DNA of 64,000 nucleotides from an uncultured Gammaproteobacteria bacterium (GCA_964352335.1 CAYGRO010000002.1:13138-77137), one strand, 5' to 3'. Positions 1-10,098 are shown, counted from the first letter of the stretch. Notes: a model not told the origin generated them from the sequence alone. Numbers and translations are program-made.

Positions 1-132
1 ACAATTATTTTGATCACCCATGAAACATCGGCCGCTTCGTATGCGCAAAGAACGATAAAGCTCAAAGATGGAAAACTTGTTTCCGATAGAAAGCGTACCT
101 CGCGAGCAAAAAACAGAAAATTCACCAAGTAA
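1..132 (+). CDS. ABC transporter ATP-binding protein, C-terminal fragment (window edge)
   Basis: Frame 1 reads ...TIILITHETSAASYAQRTIKLKDGKLVSD...FTK then TAA at 130-132. The ILITHE H-loop-like tail is typical of MacB/LolD-type ABC ATPases. The cognate permease follows 3 nt downstream. Confidence 0.6.
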   Translation, partial: TIILITHETSAASYAQRTIKLKDGKLVSDRKRTSRAKNRKFTK

Positions 133-134
133 TT

Positions 135-1379
135 ATGTATATTCGTAGCTCAATTATTATCGCATTGAAAGCATTGTGGCGAAATAAATCTCGTTCAAGT
201 TTAACAATTCTTGGTATTGTTATTGGTATTGCTTCAATAATGATGATTTTCACCATTGGTGAAGGTGCTGAGGTTTCGATACTTGGCGAGCTTAGTGGTC
301 TTGGAGCTGAAACAATTGTCGTCAGACCAGGGAAAGAACCTACCGGTCCATCTGATTTTACAGAAACTCTTTTCTCAGATTCGCTTGTTGTACGAGATAT
401 AATTGCACTAGAAAATAGGGCAAATGTTCCAGGGTTAGTAGATATTTCTCCTGCTGTTATTGTTCCTGGACCAGTTAGTTATGCTGGCGATACGTTTTCT
501 GGAATTACGTTAGGGTGGTCAGGAGATATGCTTCAAACAGCCTTTAATCTCTACCCAGATCAAGGGATCTTTTTTGATGAAGACGCGATCAAAAATAAAC
601 AAAGTGTCGCCGTTATTGGAAAAAAAGTTGAACGTGAGCTCTTTGGTAATAGTTCTGCTTTAGGAGAACAAATAAAAATTAAAGGAAGGAATTTTCGAGT
701 CGTTGGGGTTTTGCCACAAAAAGGACAACTTGCATTCTTTAATGTAGACGAAATGATTGTTATTCCTTGGTCAACAGCACAAACCTATTTATTAGGAATA
801 AGTCATTTTCATGAAATCATTGCAACGGCCCAAAGCCCAGAAGTTGTCGATAGAACGATTAGAGATATAGAAGCGACACTGAGAGAAACACATGGTATAA
901 CCGATCCAGAAAAAGATGATTTTTTTGTTGTTTCGCAAGAAGGGCTTGTTGGTCAAATATCCTCTGTTTTAAGTGTTCTCACACTTTTTTTATCGGCTGT
1001 TGTGGCGATAGCCCTAATTGTTGGTGGAATAGGGGTGATGAATATCATGCTTGTATCTGTGACAGAACGAACAAGAGAAATCGGATTAAGAAAAGCTGTT
1101 GGCGCAACCTACCACGATATTATTACGCAATTCTTATTTGAAGCTGTCATGCTTACATTTCTTGGTGGATTGGTAGGAATTGCAATCGGTGCAATTTTTT
1201 CGATAAGTATTTCTTTACTCATTTCTCAATTTACTCCGTATAGTTGGCCAATTACATTTCCATTAACTGCTGCAATTATCGGGACAATTGGTTCTGTCTT
1301 GGTAGGAGTTGTTTTCGGTTTATATCCTGCAATACAGGCAGCTAAAAAGGATCCTATTGATGCATTAAGATACGAATAG
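135..1379 (+). CDS. ABC transporter permease, MacB/FtsX family
   Basis: 414 aa with an N-terminal TM helix, a large periplasmic domain and a C-terminal 3-TM FtsX-like module (...ERTREIGLRKAVGA...). Immediately follows the ABC ATPase fragment. Confidence 0.8.
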   Translation: MYIRSSIIIALKALWRNKSRSSLTILGIVIGIASIMMIFTIGEGAEVSILGELSGLGAETIVVRPGKEPTGPSDFTETLFSDSLVVRDIIALENRANVPGLVDISPAVIVPGPVSYAGDTFSGITLGWSGDMLQTAFNLYPDQGIFFDEDAIKNKQSVAVIGKKVERELFGNSSALGEQIKIKGRNFRVVGVLPQKGQLAFFNVDEMIVIPWSTAQTYLLGISHFHEIIATAQSPEVVDRTIRDIEATLRETHGITDPEKDDFFVVSQEGLVGQISSVLSVLTLFLSAVVAIALIVGGIGVMNIMLVSVTERTREIGLRKAVGATYHDIITQFLFEAVMLTFLGGLVGIAIGAIFSISISLLISQFTPYSWPITFPLTAAIIGTIGSVLVGVVFGLYPAIQAAKKDPIDALRYE

Positions 1380-1403
1380 GTGAAAATGCTATACTAAAAC
1401 CAT

Positions 1404-2006
1404 ATGAATAGGGATCAATCAAAAAAACAGGGGTATATATTAAGAAAAGTAATTCATTTTGCAATAAATAGCATATTAGCTATTTGTGCGCTCTTTATAC
1501 CAATTCAATGGAGTATTCCTCTTGCTTTGATAGGGTTATTTATTATTGTTTGTGTGGAAATGATTCGACTTAGAACACGAGCAAAAAAGATGGTAAATAC
1601 TGCATTTAATCCAGTTATCAAAAAAAGTGAAAAGGGGAAATTCAGCGGAGTATTTTGGGAGGCATTTGCGATCGCATTAGTAGTACCAATTGCTTCTCCA
1701 TTGGCATTAAGTTATGCCTTAGCTCTTTATGCCATTGCAGATCCTGGTGCAGCACTTATTGGTAAATATACGAAAAGTCAAAAACTCTATAGAAATAAAA
1801 CAGTGAACGGAACCTTCACGTTCTTTTTCTCCGTTTTTATAGTTGGAATAATTTATCTATTTATTTTTGATATTGGTCCGTGGTTTGTTCTTTGCTCTTT
1901 ATTACTTGCAATTATATTATCGCTTGTAGAGGTATTTAGTGATCCTATCGATGATAATTTCAGTATTATTGTTATTGGAGCATTATTAATAAATGTTCTT
2001 ATTTAA
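1404..2006 (+). CDS. polytopic membrane protein, possibly CTP-dependent polyprenol/dolichol kinase-like (CdsA superfamily)
   Basis: 200 aa with about 6 TM helices. The ADPGAALIGKYTKS motif resembles the GDxxAxxxG of the dolichol-kinase/phytol-kinase family. Family assignment is tentative. Confidence 0.35.
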   Translation: MNRDQSKKQGYILRKVIHFAINSILAICALFIPIQWSIPLALIGLFIIVCVEMIRLRTRAKKMVNTAFNPVIKKSEKGKFSGVFWEAFAIALVVPIASPLALSYALALYAIADPGAALIGKYTKSQKLYRNKTVNGTFTFFFSVFIVGIIYLFIFDIGPWFVLCSLLLAIILSLVEVFSDPIDDNFSIIVIGALLINVLI

Positions 2007-2023
2007 TTGTTGATCTATTTACT

Positions 2024-2923
2024 ATGTTTCCTCATTGGGTTTTCATTGCGATAGCTGGTTATATGAGTATGGCCTTATCTCAGCTATTAGATAAAGCTTT
2101 ATTAAATGTAGCCTTTAAAGAAGTGAAGTCATTCGTTTTTTTGATAGCGATACTAAGTGTTCTGGTCGTCTTCATGATTCCATTTGGGGTTACCTTCATT
2201 TCACCGCAATTACTACTTATCTCAACAATAGGTGGAAGCTTATTTGTTCTAGGCCTCATTCCATTTCTTTCTGCTTTGCAAGGGGATGATGCATCAAGGG
2301 TTATCCCATTAGTTGGAGGTTTAGTTCCCGTGGTGACATTACTTGGTGAAGTTGTTTTTTTAGGAGCAGTATTTACTTCAAGAAATCTCTTAGCTTTTAG
2401 TCTATTGGTCATTGGATCAATTCTTTTAACGGTAACTCATTCTGGATCAAATAGGCGATCATTATTAGCTGTTGGCAAAGCTATTATAGGGGCGACATTA
2501 TTTGCGGCAAGCTTTGTTATTACGAAATACGTATTTGATCAGACCACGTTTATAAATGGTTTTTTCTGGATGAGGGTAGGAAGCTTATTAGTAGCTGTCT
2601 ACCTAATCTTTTTACCAGAAGTACGATCAGGATTAAAAGATTTCTTTAAGAATAATTCAAAACTAATTCAATCGGGGTATTTTGCAACACAAGGGGTTAA
2701 TGCATTGGGGTTCGTACTACAAAGTTTTGCTATTAGTCTGGCGAGTGTAAGTTTAGTAAATGCTCTACAAGGAGCTCAATATTTCTTTGTTATCGCATTT
2801 GTCGCGATAGCTGCTAAGTTTAAGCCAGATTTGCTAGGAGAAAAGATTACGAAAGGGATTATTGTCGAAAAACTAACAGCTGTTGTCATTATTATTGCTG
2901 GAATTGCATTATTAGCACTATAG
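2024..2923 (+). CDS. integral membrane protein (possible DMT/EamA-like transporter)
   Basis: 299 aa with about 10 predicted TM helices and no catalytic motif recognised. Confidence 0.3.
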   Translation: MFPHWVFIAIAGYMSMALSQLLDKALLNVAFKEVKSFVFLIAILSVLVVFMIPFGVTFISPQLLLISTIGGSLFVLGLIPFLSALQGDDASRVIPLVGGLVPVVTLLGEVVFLGAVFTSRNLLAFSLLVIGSILLTVTHSGSNRRSLLAVGKAIIGATLFAASFVITKYVFDQTTFINGFFWMRVGSLLVAVYLIFLPEVRSGLKDFFKNNSKLIQSGYFATQGVNALGFVLQSFAISLASVSLVNALQGAQYFFVIAFVAIAAKFKPDLLGEKITKGIIVEKLTAVVIIIAGIALLAL

Positions 2924-2924
2924 T

Positions 2925-3938
2925 ATGAGTAAACAGGCAAAAAAATTAAAACGCATTGTACTAATATTAGTTGCATCAATTCTTCTATTTGCAATCTTTC
3001 TTGTTTTACCGATTAACCCTAAGTTAAATCCTCTTTCAAAACTTGGGCTTACATTTAGCCCGAAAGCGGCAACCGCACTTGGTTTGGATTGGAAAGAGAT
3101 CTATAAAAAATTATTGGTCGACTTGCAACCAGATGTTATTCGTATCCCAATTTACTGGGATATTTTAGAACCTGTAAATAACGAATTCCATTTTGAAGAT
3201 TTTGATTATCAATTAGATTTATTAGAAGGCACAGATATCGAGGTAATTCTTGCAATTGGTCATAAATTACCTCGATGGCCAGAATGTCATCTCCCTAACT
3301 GGGTTAGTAATTTAGACAATGAGGCTATTGAAATGGAATTACAACAAATGATTGAAACAGTTGTGAAAAACTATCGAAATAACTCTCGTGTCATTACCTG
3401 GCAAGTACAAAATGAAGTGCTTTTTACATTTGGAGAATGCCCTGAATGGTCATCAAATAGAAAAAGATTAAAATCACTTATCACATCTGTACAGAAGCTA
3501 GCTCCAGAAGACAAGGTTGCAACATCAGATAGTGGTGAACTAAGTTTTTGGTTAAAGACCTCTACATTGCCAATTGATACACTGGCTATTAGTTTATACC
3601 GATCCGTCTACAATCCAGATAGAGGAGGGTATTTTTATTGGCCAGTGAACCCGTATTATTATAAAATCCATGCCTTTTTAGTGAGACCATTTGTGCGTGA
3701 AATCATCATTTCTGAATTGCAATTAGAACCATGGGGGCCAGCACCTGTCCAAGATCTTTCTGATGAAGAAGTCTTACTTTCTATTACTCCAGAAGAAATA
3801 GATATTCGATTAGACTTTGCCCAAAGAACTGGAGCGACAACAATTTTAGCATGGGGAGTTGAGTGGTGGTATTATATGCAAGAAGTGCGAGGCAATTCTG
3901 AATTTTTGCAATCAGCTCAAAAATACTTTAATCAATAG
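2925..3938 (+). CDS. membrane-anchored glycoside hydrolase, TIM-barrel clan GH-A (GH5-like)
   Basis: N-terminal TM anchor. VIRIPIYWDILEP and a WQVQNEV segment fit the acid/base NE(P) motif. IIISELQLEPWG contains a candidate nucleophile Glu. The exact GH family cannot be fixed by eye. Confidence 0.5.
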   Translation: MSKQAKKLKRIVLILVASILLFAIFLVLPINPKLNPLSKLGLTFSPKAATALGLDWKEIYKKLLVDLQPDVIRIPIYWDILEPVNNEFHFEDFDYQLDLLEGTDIEVILAIGHKLPRWPECHLPNWVSNLDNEAIEMELQQMIETVVKNYRNNSRVITWQVQNEVLFTFGECPEWSSNRKRLKSLITSVQKLAPEDKVATSDSGELSFWLKTSTLPIDTLAISLYRSVYNPDRGGYFYWPVNPYYYKIHAFLVRPFVREIIISELQLEPWGPAPVQDLSDEEVLLSITPEEIDIRLDFAQRTGATTILAWGVEWWYYMQEVRGNSEFLQSAQKYFNQ

Positions 3939-3939
3939 T

Positions 3940-5286
3940 ATGGAAAAAATGCATCCAGGTTTTGAACCGAAAAAACCACATCTTCATAAGCCTTTGAAAT
4001 TTCCAAAAGGTTTTCTTTGGGGAGCTGCTACATCGTCTCATCAAGTAGAGGGATATAATGATAAAAATGATTGGTCGGAATGGGAGCAAATAAAAGGAGC
4101 CATTGCTGATGGGCAGTTTTCTGGAAGAGGGCCCGATCATTATCATCTCTTTAGGGAAGATTTCGATTTAGCAGAAGAAATGCATTTGAATTCCTATAGA
4201 ATGTCGCTAGAATGGAGTCGGATTAATCCAGAAGAGGGCGTATTTGATGAAAAGGAAATAGAACATTATAAAACCGTTTTACAAGATTTACAATCAAGAA
4301 ATATCAAAGTAATGCTTACTCTTTGGCATTTTACTTTACCCGTTTGGTTTGCCAAAAAAGGTGGGTTTGCAGATAAGAAGAATCTCAAGCACTTTTACGA
4401 CTATGTAAAAAAATGTGTTTTTGAATTTGAACCGTATGTGGATTTTTGGAATACAATTAATGAACCCAATATATATACAATGATGTCTTATCAATTGGGG
4501 GTTTGGCCACCAGGTGTGAAAAATAACTTTACCGCTTTCAAAGTATTTCATAACTTAGCAATCGTCCACAAAAAAACATACGATATTATCCATCAGAATG
4601 CTCAAAATGAGGTTCAAGTGGGAATTGCGCATAATGTAACCTCTTTTTATGTCTATAACCGCAGATCGTTAACAGATTGGATTTCTGTAAACATGGCAGA
4701 CTGGGCTTGGAATCATTGGTTTTTAGAAAAAACAAAGGGACACCATGATTTTTTGGGGGTAAACTACTATGTTCACAAACGGGTAAAAGGGATTGGTTTA
4801 AAAAATTGGCAAGTGCTTGCTGTTGAAAATCAAGGTGAGGGAAGAGAGCGGTCTGATTTAGAGTGGGAAATCTTCGCCCCTGGTTTTTTTGATGCACTCG
4901 TGAATATGAGTGACTATAATATTCCCATTTATGTAACAGAAAACGGTATTTCAACACTTAATGATCATCAAAGGGCAAGATACCTTATCTCGTATTTGAA
5001 AGAACTTTTTCATGCAATAAAATCTGGTGTAGACATCCGCGGTTACTTTCATTGGGCTTTATTAGATAATTTTGAATGGGACAAGGGTTATAAATCTCGT
5101 TTTGGACTCATTGCCGTGAATTTTGAAACCTTGAAGCGAACGATAAAAGGTTCTGGTAAGCTCTATGGAAGGATTGCACAAATGAATCAAATTGAGCATG
5201 AGTTACTTCGATTTACTGGTCATGCAATTGCACCTGAGGACGTTTTAAAAAACTTACCACCTGAGGCAGAGGTGTTAATGGAATAA
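3940..5286 (+). CDS. GH1 family beta-glucosidase
   Basis: FPKGFLWGAATSSHQVEG N-terminal signature, NEPNIY acid/base motif and YVTENGIS nucleophile motif. The start is taken at the ATG at 3940 just after the upstream stop; the longer track ORF from 3859 overlaps the previous gene. Confidence 0.9.
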   Translation: MEKMHPGFEPKKPHLHKPLKFPKGFLWGAATSSHQVEGYNDKNDWSEWEQIKGAIADGQFSGRGPDHYHLFREDFDLAEEMHLNSYRMSLEWSRINPEEGVFDEKEIEHYKTVLQDLQSRNIKVMLTLWHFTLPVWFAKKGGFADKKNLKHFYDYVKKCVFEFEPYVDFWNTINEPNIYTMMSYQLGVWPPGVKNNFTAFKVFHNLAIVHKKTYDIIHQNAQNEVQVGIAHNVTSFYVYNRRSLTDWISVNMADWAWNHWFLEKTKGHHDFLGVNYYVHKRVKGIGLKNWQVLAVENQGEGRERSDLEWEIFAPGFFDALVNMSDYNIPIYVTENGISTLNDHQRARYLISYLKELFHAIKSGVDIRGYFHWALLDNFEWDKGYKSRFGLIAVNFETLKRTIKGSGKLYGRIAQMNQIEHELLRFTGHAIAPEDVLKNLPPEAEVLME

Positions 5287-6025
5287 TAGATTTTTGATGG
5301 TTATTACTATTTGCGATAAGACCTGTTGATGGTCCTCCATCTAGATTTAATGCGATATCAATATCCAAGTCAGAGGCAAGAAGACCTTGCATTAAATTGT
5401 ACAAACTGACAGGTGTTTGGTCGACAATAATAATCAGAAAGTTTCCGATTTTATCTTTCGCTAGTATCGTTCTCCTTGCAATCTTTTCTGAATCTTCCTC
5501 AATACCAGGTAGACCACCTTTGTGGATGATGACTGGAAATGATTGCATGATTGAAATTGTTGAAGTTACTCTGATTGAAGAGGGGATGGCTGAGTCAAGA
5601 ATATCTATTTTTCCATCTTTAATAAAAAGCATTCCAGAAGCATCGGGTGAGTATTGATTATCTCCAATTGTTTGACCATCAATAACTAGCCAACCCGTTG
5701 GATTGTTCATTTCATTGAAAAAACCACCGTTTATAAGGAGGTTTGAATTCAGTTCCGACGCCCATTCAGTAAATCTCTTTGGTTGGTTGTGCTCAATTGA
5801 GCTAATAAAATCAGATGAGTCAAATTTGTATACAATGGTTTCAATGTCTTTTTTGGGAGAAGATAGAACAAATTCTCGATAGATAAGATCTTCATCAATT
5901 GCTTGCCAATGAGTATTTTTTTCTGGCAACTGAAAAGAAAAATTCTTTGTATCAGAAGTACAACCCATTCCTGAAAAACAGAGAGCTGACACAAGTAGTA
6001 GTTTTTTTAACAAAGAGGTATTCAT
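5213..6025 (-). CDS. lipoprotein, phosphodiester glycosidase family (DUF2233/NAGPA-like)
   Basis: Signal peptide with a lipobox-like ...SGMGC. ALNLDGGPSTGL matches the NLDGGGS motif of phosphodiester glycosidase family proteins. The 3' end overlaps the GH1 gene convergently by 74 bp. Confidence 0.55.
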   Translation of the reverse strand: MNTSLLKKLLLVSALCFSGMGCTSDTKNFSFQLPEKNTHWQAIDEDLIYREFVLSSPKKDIETIVYKFDSSDFISSIEHNQPKRFTEWASELNSNLLINGGFFNEMNNPTGWLVIDGQTIGDNQYSPDASGMLFIKDGKIDILDSAIPSSIRVTSTISIMQSFPVIIHKGGLPGIEEDSEKIARRTILAKDKIGNFLIIIVDQTPVSLYNLMQGLLASDLDIDIALNLDGGPSTGLIANSNNHQKSIIPLTPLPQVVSFLKRPQVQLHDQ

Positions 6026-6109
6026 ACTTTCTCAGTTTGAATTAAAGAAAGATTTCTGTCCACAGTAGAAAAAGATCTTTCTAAGTAAACATGATATACT
6101 AATTACATT

Positions 6110-6562
6110 ATGACAGACGATCATGTAAAATTTGAATATAATATCATCACTGATCTTATTTATCTTGGCACAAACTATTGTTGCGAAGCTCATTTTGATA
6201 AAAAACTTACAGAAATGGGAGTGAAGGCTGAAATTAGTTTAGAAGCTGAAAAATTAGATCAACCTTTTGGGATTAAATATTTTCTTTGGTTGCCAACAAT
6301 TGATCATACAGCTCCAACGCTTGAAGCAATGGCACTTGGTACACAAATGATTCATTTTTTGGTTTCAAGAAATATTAAAATGTTCATTCATTGCAAAAAT
6401 GGGCATGGGAGAGCTCCAACATTAGTAGCTGCTTATCTTGTTTCTACTGGTATGTCTGTGAAAAAAGCAATTAGAGAAATTTCAAAGAAAAGACCAGAGA
6501 TTCACATCGAGCCTGTGCAAGAAGCGATGCTTGAGCAATTTGCGAAAACAGTAAAATGGTAA
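6110..6562 (+). CDS. dual-specificity / tyrosine protein phosphatase
   Basis: HCKNGHGRAPT is a CX5R(S/T) catalytic P-loop. 150 aa. Confidence 0.7.
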   Translation: MTDDHVKFEYNIITDLIYLGTNYCCEAHFDKKLTEMGVKAEISLEAEKLDQPFGIKYFLWLPTIDHTAPTLEAMALGTQMIHFLVSRNIKMFIHCKNGHGRAPTLVAAYLVSTGMSVKKAIREISKKRPEIHIEPVQEAMLEQFAKTVKW

Positions 6563-6563
6563 T

Positions 6564-7124
6564 ATGCCCAATATTTCTTCTCGTTCGTTTATAAAAATTA
6601 TCAGAAATACACTTTTAATCATCTTCGTGGTGGGGCTATTTTTGTTTATAGCTCTTTTTCTCTATTCACTCGCATCACCAGCCAATAAAGAGAGAGCTGA
6701 AAATGATAAACCGGGCTCCGAAAAAATGATACCGCAAGTTTCAGATCAATTCCCAGAAGAAACAAAGTTCGTTCAACAATATTTTTCTCATTTACAAGCT
6801 CAAGAATATGATATTTTACTCAAATCATATTGGACACCTTCTGTAGTGAATGAAATTCGTCAAAATTGTTCAAGTCCTCTTGGAGAAGAACCCTCAACAA
6901 CCACTGAATCTCTTTGGTTAAATTGTGAACACTTACAAGAAATCACGGTAGAAATTATTGCTGTCGAAAAACAGAATATACAAAGCATGGTTACTATTCA
7001 GCTATTCGATAAACAAGGAGATATCGTAGGTTTAGAGTTGCACCCAGAGTGGGTGAGGGGGCATCAAATAATTCTCAAACAAAGTGAAGCTGGATTTAGA
7101 ACGGATAATTGGAAATTTCTTTAA
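6564..7124 (+). CDS. hypothetical membrane-anchored protein
   Basis: 186 aa with an N-terminal TM helix. No motif recognised. Confidence 0.4.
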   Translation: MPNISSRSFIKIIRNTLLIIFVVGLFLFIALFLYSLASPANKERAENDKPGSEKMIPQVSDQFPEETKFVQQYFSHLQAQEYDILLKSYWTPSVVNEIRQNCSSPLGEEPSTTTESLWLNCEHLQEITVEIIAVEKQNIQSMVTIQLFDKQGDIVGLELHPEWVRGHQIILKQSEAGFRTDNWKFL

Positions 7125-7126
7125 GT

Positions 7127-8821
7127 ATGATTACTGTTTTTATTGAACTTGCTATCGCCATTGGAATCGCTGTAATTCTTTCTTTTATTATGAAGGCTTT
7201 AAAACAGCCGTTGATTATTGGTTATATTATAACTGGGATCATCGTTGGCCCTTCTTTATTAAGTTATGTCGGAACAGATTCATCTCTTGAAATCTTCGCT
7301 AGTTTAGGGGTTGCATTATTACTTTTCATCGTCGGTTTAGGACTTAATCCACAAATGATTCAGGATGTTGGAAAAGTTTCTGTTATCACAGGAATAGCCC
7401 AAATAATCTTTACTTCAATTTTCGGTTTTTTATTAGGTATTTTACTTGGATTTTCTACCGCATCTGCATTATATATGGCGGTTGCATTCACATTTAGTAG
7501 TACAATCATCATTTTGCGATTGCTTTATGAAAAAGAAGATCAAGATACACTGTATGGCAGAATAGCGATTGGTTTCTTGCTTATTCAAGATCTCGTAGCT
7601 ATGTTGATATTTGTTTTTTTATCGTCAACAGCTGCGGTTGCTGATCATGGAATAGGCTTAGCTATTTTCTTTGTTCTCGCAAAATTACTCGGTGTTGGTA
7701 TCTTTTTATATCTCTTTGCAAAATGGATTATTCCGCTCGTTGATAAGCTTATCATGGATAGTAGGCAATTACAGTTCATTTTTGCGATCGCACTTTGTTT
7801 TGCACTTGCTAGCATCTTTGCATTGCTCGGTTTTTCTTTAGAACTCGGGGCATTAGTAGCTGGAGTATTATTATCTACATCTCCGTTTCATCGAGAAATG
7901 GCAACTCGCATTCAACCATTAAGAGATTTCTTTTTAGTGATCTTTTTTATTTCATTGGGAACACATATGGAGTTTGGAAGTATTCTTGATAATTGGATTG
8001 CAATTGTTTTATTTTCATCATTTGTTTTAATTGGGAATCCACTTATCGTTTTATTCATCATGACAAAACTAGGGCATACAAGAAAAACAGCTTTTTTTGC
8101 TGGTTTAACGGTTGCACAAATTAGTGAGTTTTCCCTTATTATGCTTGGGATAGGGATTTCTGTTGGTCATATACCTCAATCGCTATTAGCGATAGGAACA
8201 TCTGTCGGGTTAATAACCATTGCGGTTTCTTCTTATATGATCACCTATAACGATTATATCTATACAAAGCTAGAAAGATTTCTGAAAGTTATCACACCCT
8301 ATGCTGTTGACCACGAATCAATAAATGATATTAAAAAAGAAAATTTTGAATTACTTATTTTAGGGGCGCATCGGCTTGGGGAAGGAATAATTATGTCTGC
8401 AACAAAAAATAAGACCAGTTATCTTGTTATTGATCATGATCCAACATTAGTTAAACAGTTAAAAGAAAGAGGAGTAAATGCTATTTTTGGATCAGTCGAA
8501 GATGCTGTTTTTTTGGATGAATTAGATTTTTCAAAAACAAAAATGGTCATTTCAACCATTCCAGAAGTAGAATTAAATAGTTTTCTTATTGATTATACAC
8601 ATCAACGAGATGCTAAAATTCAAGTAATTTGTCTAGCTAATCATAGAAGATATGCACAAAGGCTCTATGAAGAAGGTGCTACCTATGTCATTATGCCATT
8701 TTATTTAAGCAGACAATTTGTAGTTGATATGTTTGATCAATATGCTTTTAGCAGGTCTAAGTATTCAGCTGAGCGAAAAAAGCATTTGCAACAATTACGT
8801 TATATCTCTCATAAATATTAA
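7127..8821 (+). CDS. monovalent cation:proton antiporter (CPA2, Kef-type) with C-terminal TrkA-N/RCK domain
   Basis: About 12 TM helices in a Na+/H+ exchanger-like N-terminal domain. The C-terminus carries a Rossmann GxGxxG (LILGAHRLGEG). The start is placed at the ATG at 7127 after the upstream stop at 7122-7124. Confidence 0.8.
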   Translation: MITVFIELAIAIGIAVILSFIMKALKQPLIIGYIITGIIVGPSLLSYVGTDSSLEIFASLGVALLLFIVGLGLNPQMIQDVGKVSVITGIAQIIFTSIFGFLLGILLGFSTASALYMAVAFTFSSTIIILRLLYEKEDQDTLYGRIAIGFLLIQDLVAMLIFVFLSSTAAVADHGIGLAIFFVLAKLLGVGIFLYLFAKWIIPLVDKLIMDSRQLQFIFAIALCFALASIFALLGFSLELGALVAGVLLSTSPFHREMATRIQPLRDFFLVIFFISLGTHMEFGSILDNWIAIVLFSSFVLIGNPLIVLFIMTKLGHTRKTAFFAGLTVAQISEFSLIMLGIGISVGHIPQSLLAIGTSVGLITIAVSSYMITYNDYIYTKLERFLKVITPYAVDHESINDIKKENFELLILGAHRLGEGIIMSATKNKTSYLVIDHDPTLVKQLKERGVNAIFGSVEDAVFLDELDFSKTKMVISTIPEVELNSFLIDYTHQRDAKIQVICLANHRRYAQRLYEEGATYVIMPFYLSRQFVVDMFDQYAFSRSKYSAERKKHLQQLRYISHKY

Positions 8822-8832
8822 TAGAAAAAACT

Positions 8833-9171
8833 ATGATGTTACTATTTCGTCTTATTCTCAATACAGCGGCCTTACTTTTATTACCTTATATCATTAGCGG
8901 GATACAAGTAGAAGGGGTCTATACGGCATTTATTTCAGCCATTATTTTGGGATTATTAAATATTAGTATTCGTCCTTTAGTAAAACTACTCACATTGCCA
9001 ATTAGTATTTTAACTCTTGGTTTATTTGCACTAATAATTAATGCACTATTCTTCTGGTTTGTTGCAAGCTTTGTCGATGGGTTTTCTGTAGTTGGTTTTT
9101 GGCCAGCATTTTTAGGTGCTCTTATTATGAGCATTGTTAGTTGGCTTACAAATCAATTACTAAAGTCTTAG
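8833..9171 (+). CDS. small 4-TM membrane protein, DUF360 / phage holin 4-like family
   Basis: 112 aa with four hydrophobic helices. Overall resemblance to YvlD/DUF360 proteins. Confidence 0.5.
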   Translation: MMLLFRLILNTAALLLLPYIISGIQVEGVYTAFISAIILGLLNISIRPLVKLLTLPISILTLGLFALIINALFFWFVASFVDGFSVVGFWPAFLGALIMSIVSWLTNQLLKS

Positions 9172-9185
9172 CTAGCTAAGACTTT
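9162..9185. repeat. perfect 24-bp palindrome AAAGTCTTAGCTAGCTAAGACTTT spanning both convergent stop codons
   Basis: Read directly from the sequence. TAG of the plus gene lies at 9169-9171 and CTA (TAG on the minus strand) of fmt at 9172-9174, both inside the palindrome. Confidence 0.6.
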
Positions 9186-10095
9186 GTTCGTGGAATTTAT
9201 GATATCCACTTATAAAATCCTTTGGAGTCATTTCTTTTTTTCCTTCAACTTGCAGTCGTTCTAAAATGAGTACTCCATTTTGGCAAAAAATCTCGATTTG
9301 GTTGTGATCAAATACAATGGTACCAGCTGGTTTAAGTTCATCTCGTAGTTCTGGAGTAGCTTGAATTACTTTAAGGCGTTTTGTGTCTGGTAATAATGTC
9401 CAAGCGATTGGCCAATCATAAGAAGCTCGAATAAGTTGGTCAATTTCTTCAACTGATTTAGACCAGTCAATTTTTGCATCTTCTTTTTTGATCATCTCTG
9501 TATAAGTTGCTTGATCATGATTTTGTTGTTTGGGCTTCATTTTTCCAGACAGAAAATCGGGAAGAATACGAGTAAGTGTTTCAGCTCCAATATGAGCTAA
9601 TTTAGAATGCAAAGATCGATATGTTTCTTTTTCATCTAAATCGATAGATTTTTGAAAAATAATATCACCATGATCCATTTTTGCATCCATCATCATAATA
9701 GTGATACCTGATTCATCTAGTCCATCACGAACAGCTGCTTGAATAGGAGATGAGCCTCTATATGCAGGTAAAAGGGAGGTATGAACATTAATAGAAGCCT
9801 TTTTTGGGATATCTAAAGTAGATTGTGGAATGATTTTACCGTATGAAGCAACGATAAGTACATCTAAATCATATTTTTTTAATTCCTCATTAATTGCATC
9901 TACTTTTTCTGGTTGAAGTAAAGGAATTCGATGATGATCTGCTACAGATTTAACTGCTGGTGGTGTTAAAACTTGTTTTCTACCAACGGGCTTGTCAGGC
10001 ATGGTTACAATGACAGAAGGGTAGTAAAAGTCACTAATCAGTTTTTCAATAATAGCTACGGAAAAATCATCTGTTCCAAAAAAAGCAAATTTCAT
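9172..10095 (-). CDS. fmt: methionyl-tRNA formyltransferase
   Basis: MKFAFFGTDDFSV... formyltransferase N-domain, HTSLLPAYRG motif and a C-terminal Fmt domain. Confidence 0.9.
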   Translation of the reverse strand: MKFAFFGTDDFSVAIIEKLISDFYYPSVIVTMPDKPVGRKQVLTPPAVKSVADHHRIPLLQPEKVDAINEELKKYDLDVLIVASYGKIIPQSTLDIPKKASINVHTSLLPAYRGSSPIQAAVRDGLDESGITIMMMDAKMDHGDIIFQKSIDLDEKETYRSLHSKLAHIGAETLTRILPDFLSGKMKPKQQNHDQATYTEMIKKEDAKIDWSKSVEEIDQLIRASYDWPIAWTLLPDTKRLKVIQATPELRDELKPAGTIVFDHNQIEIFCQNGVLILERLQVEGKKEMTPKDFISGYHKFHEQSLS

Positions 10096-10098
10096 ACG

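Noticed and set aside
3859-3939. N-terminal extension of the GH1 ORF (MSGGIICKKCEAIL...) overlapping the preceding gene
   Set aside because: The GH1 family begins at the conserved FPKGFLWGAATSSHQ region. An ATG at 3940 sits right after the upstream stop, so the extension is a read-through artefact.
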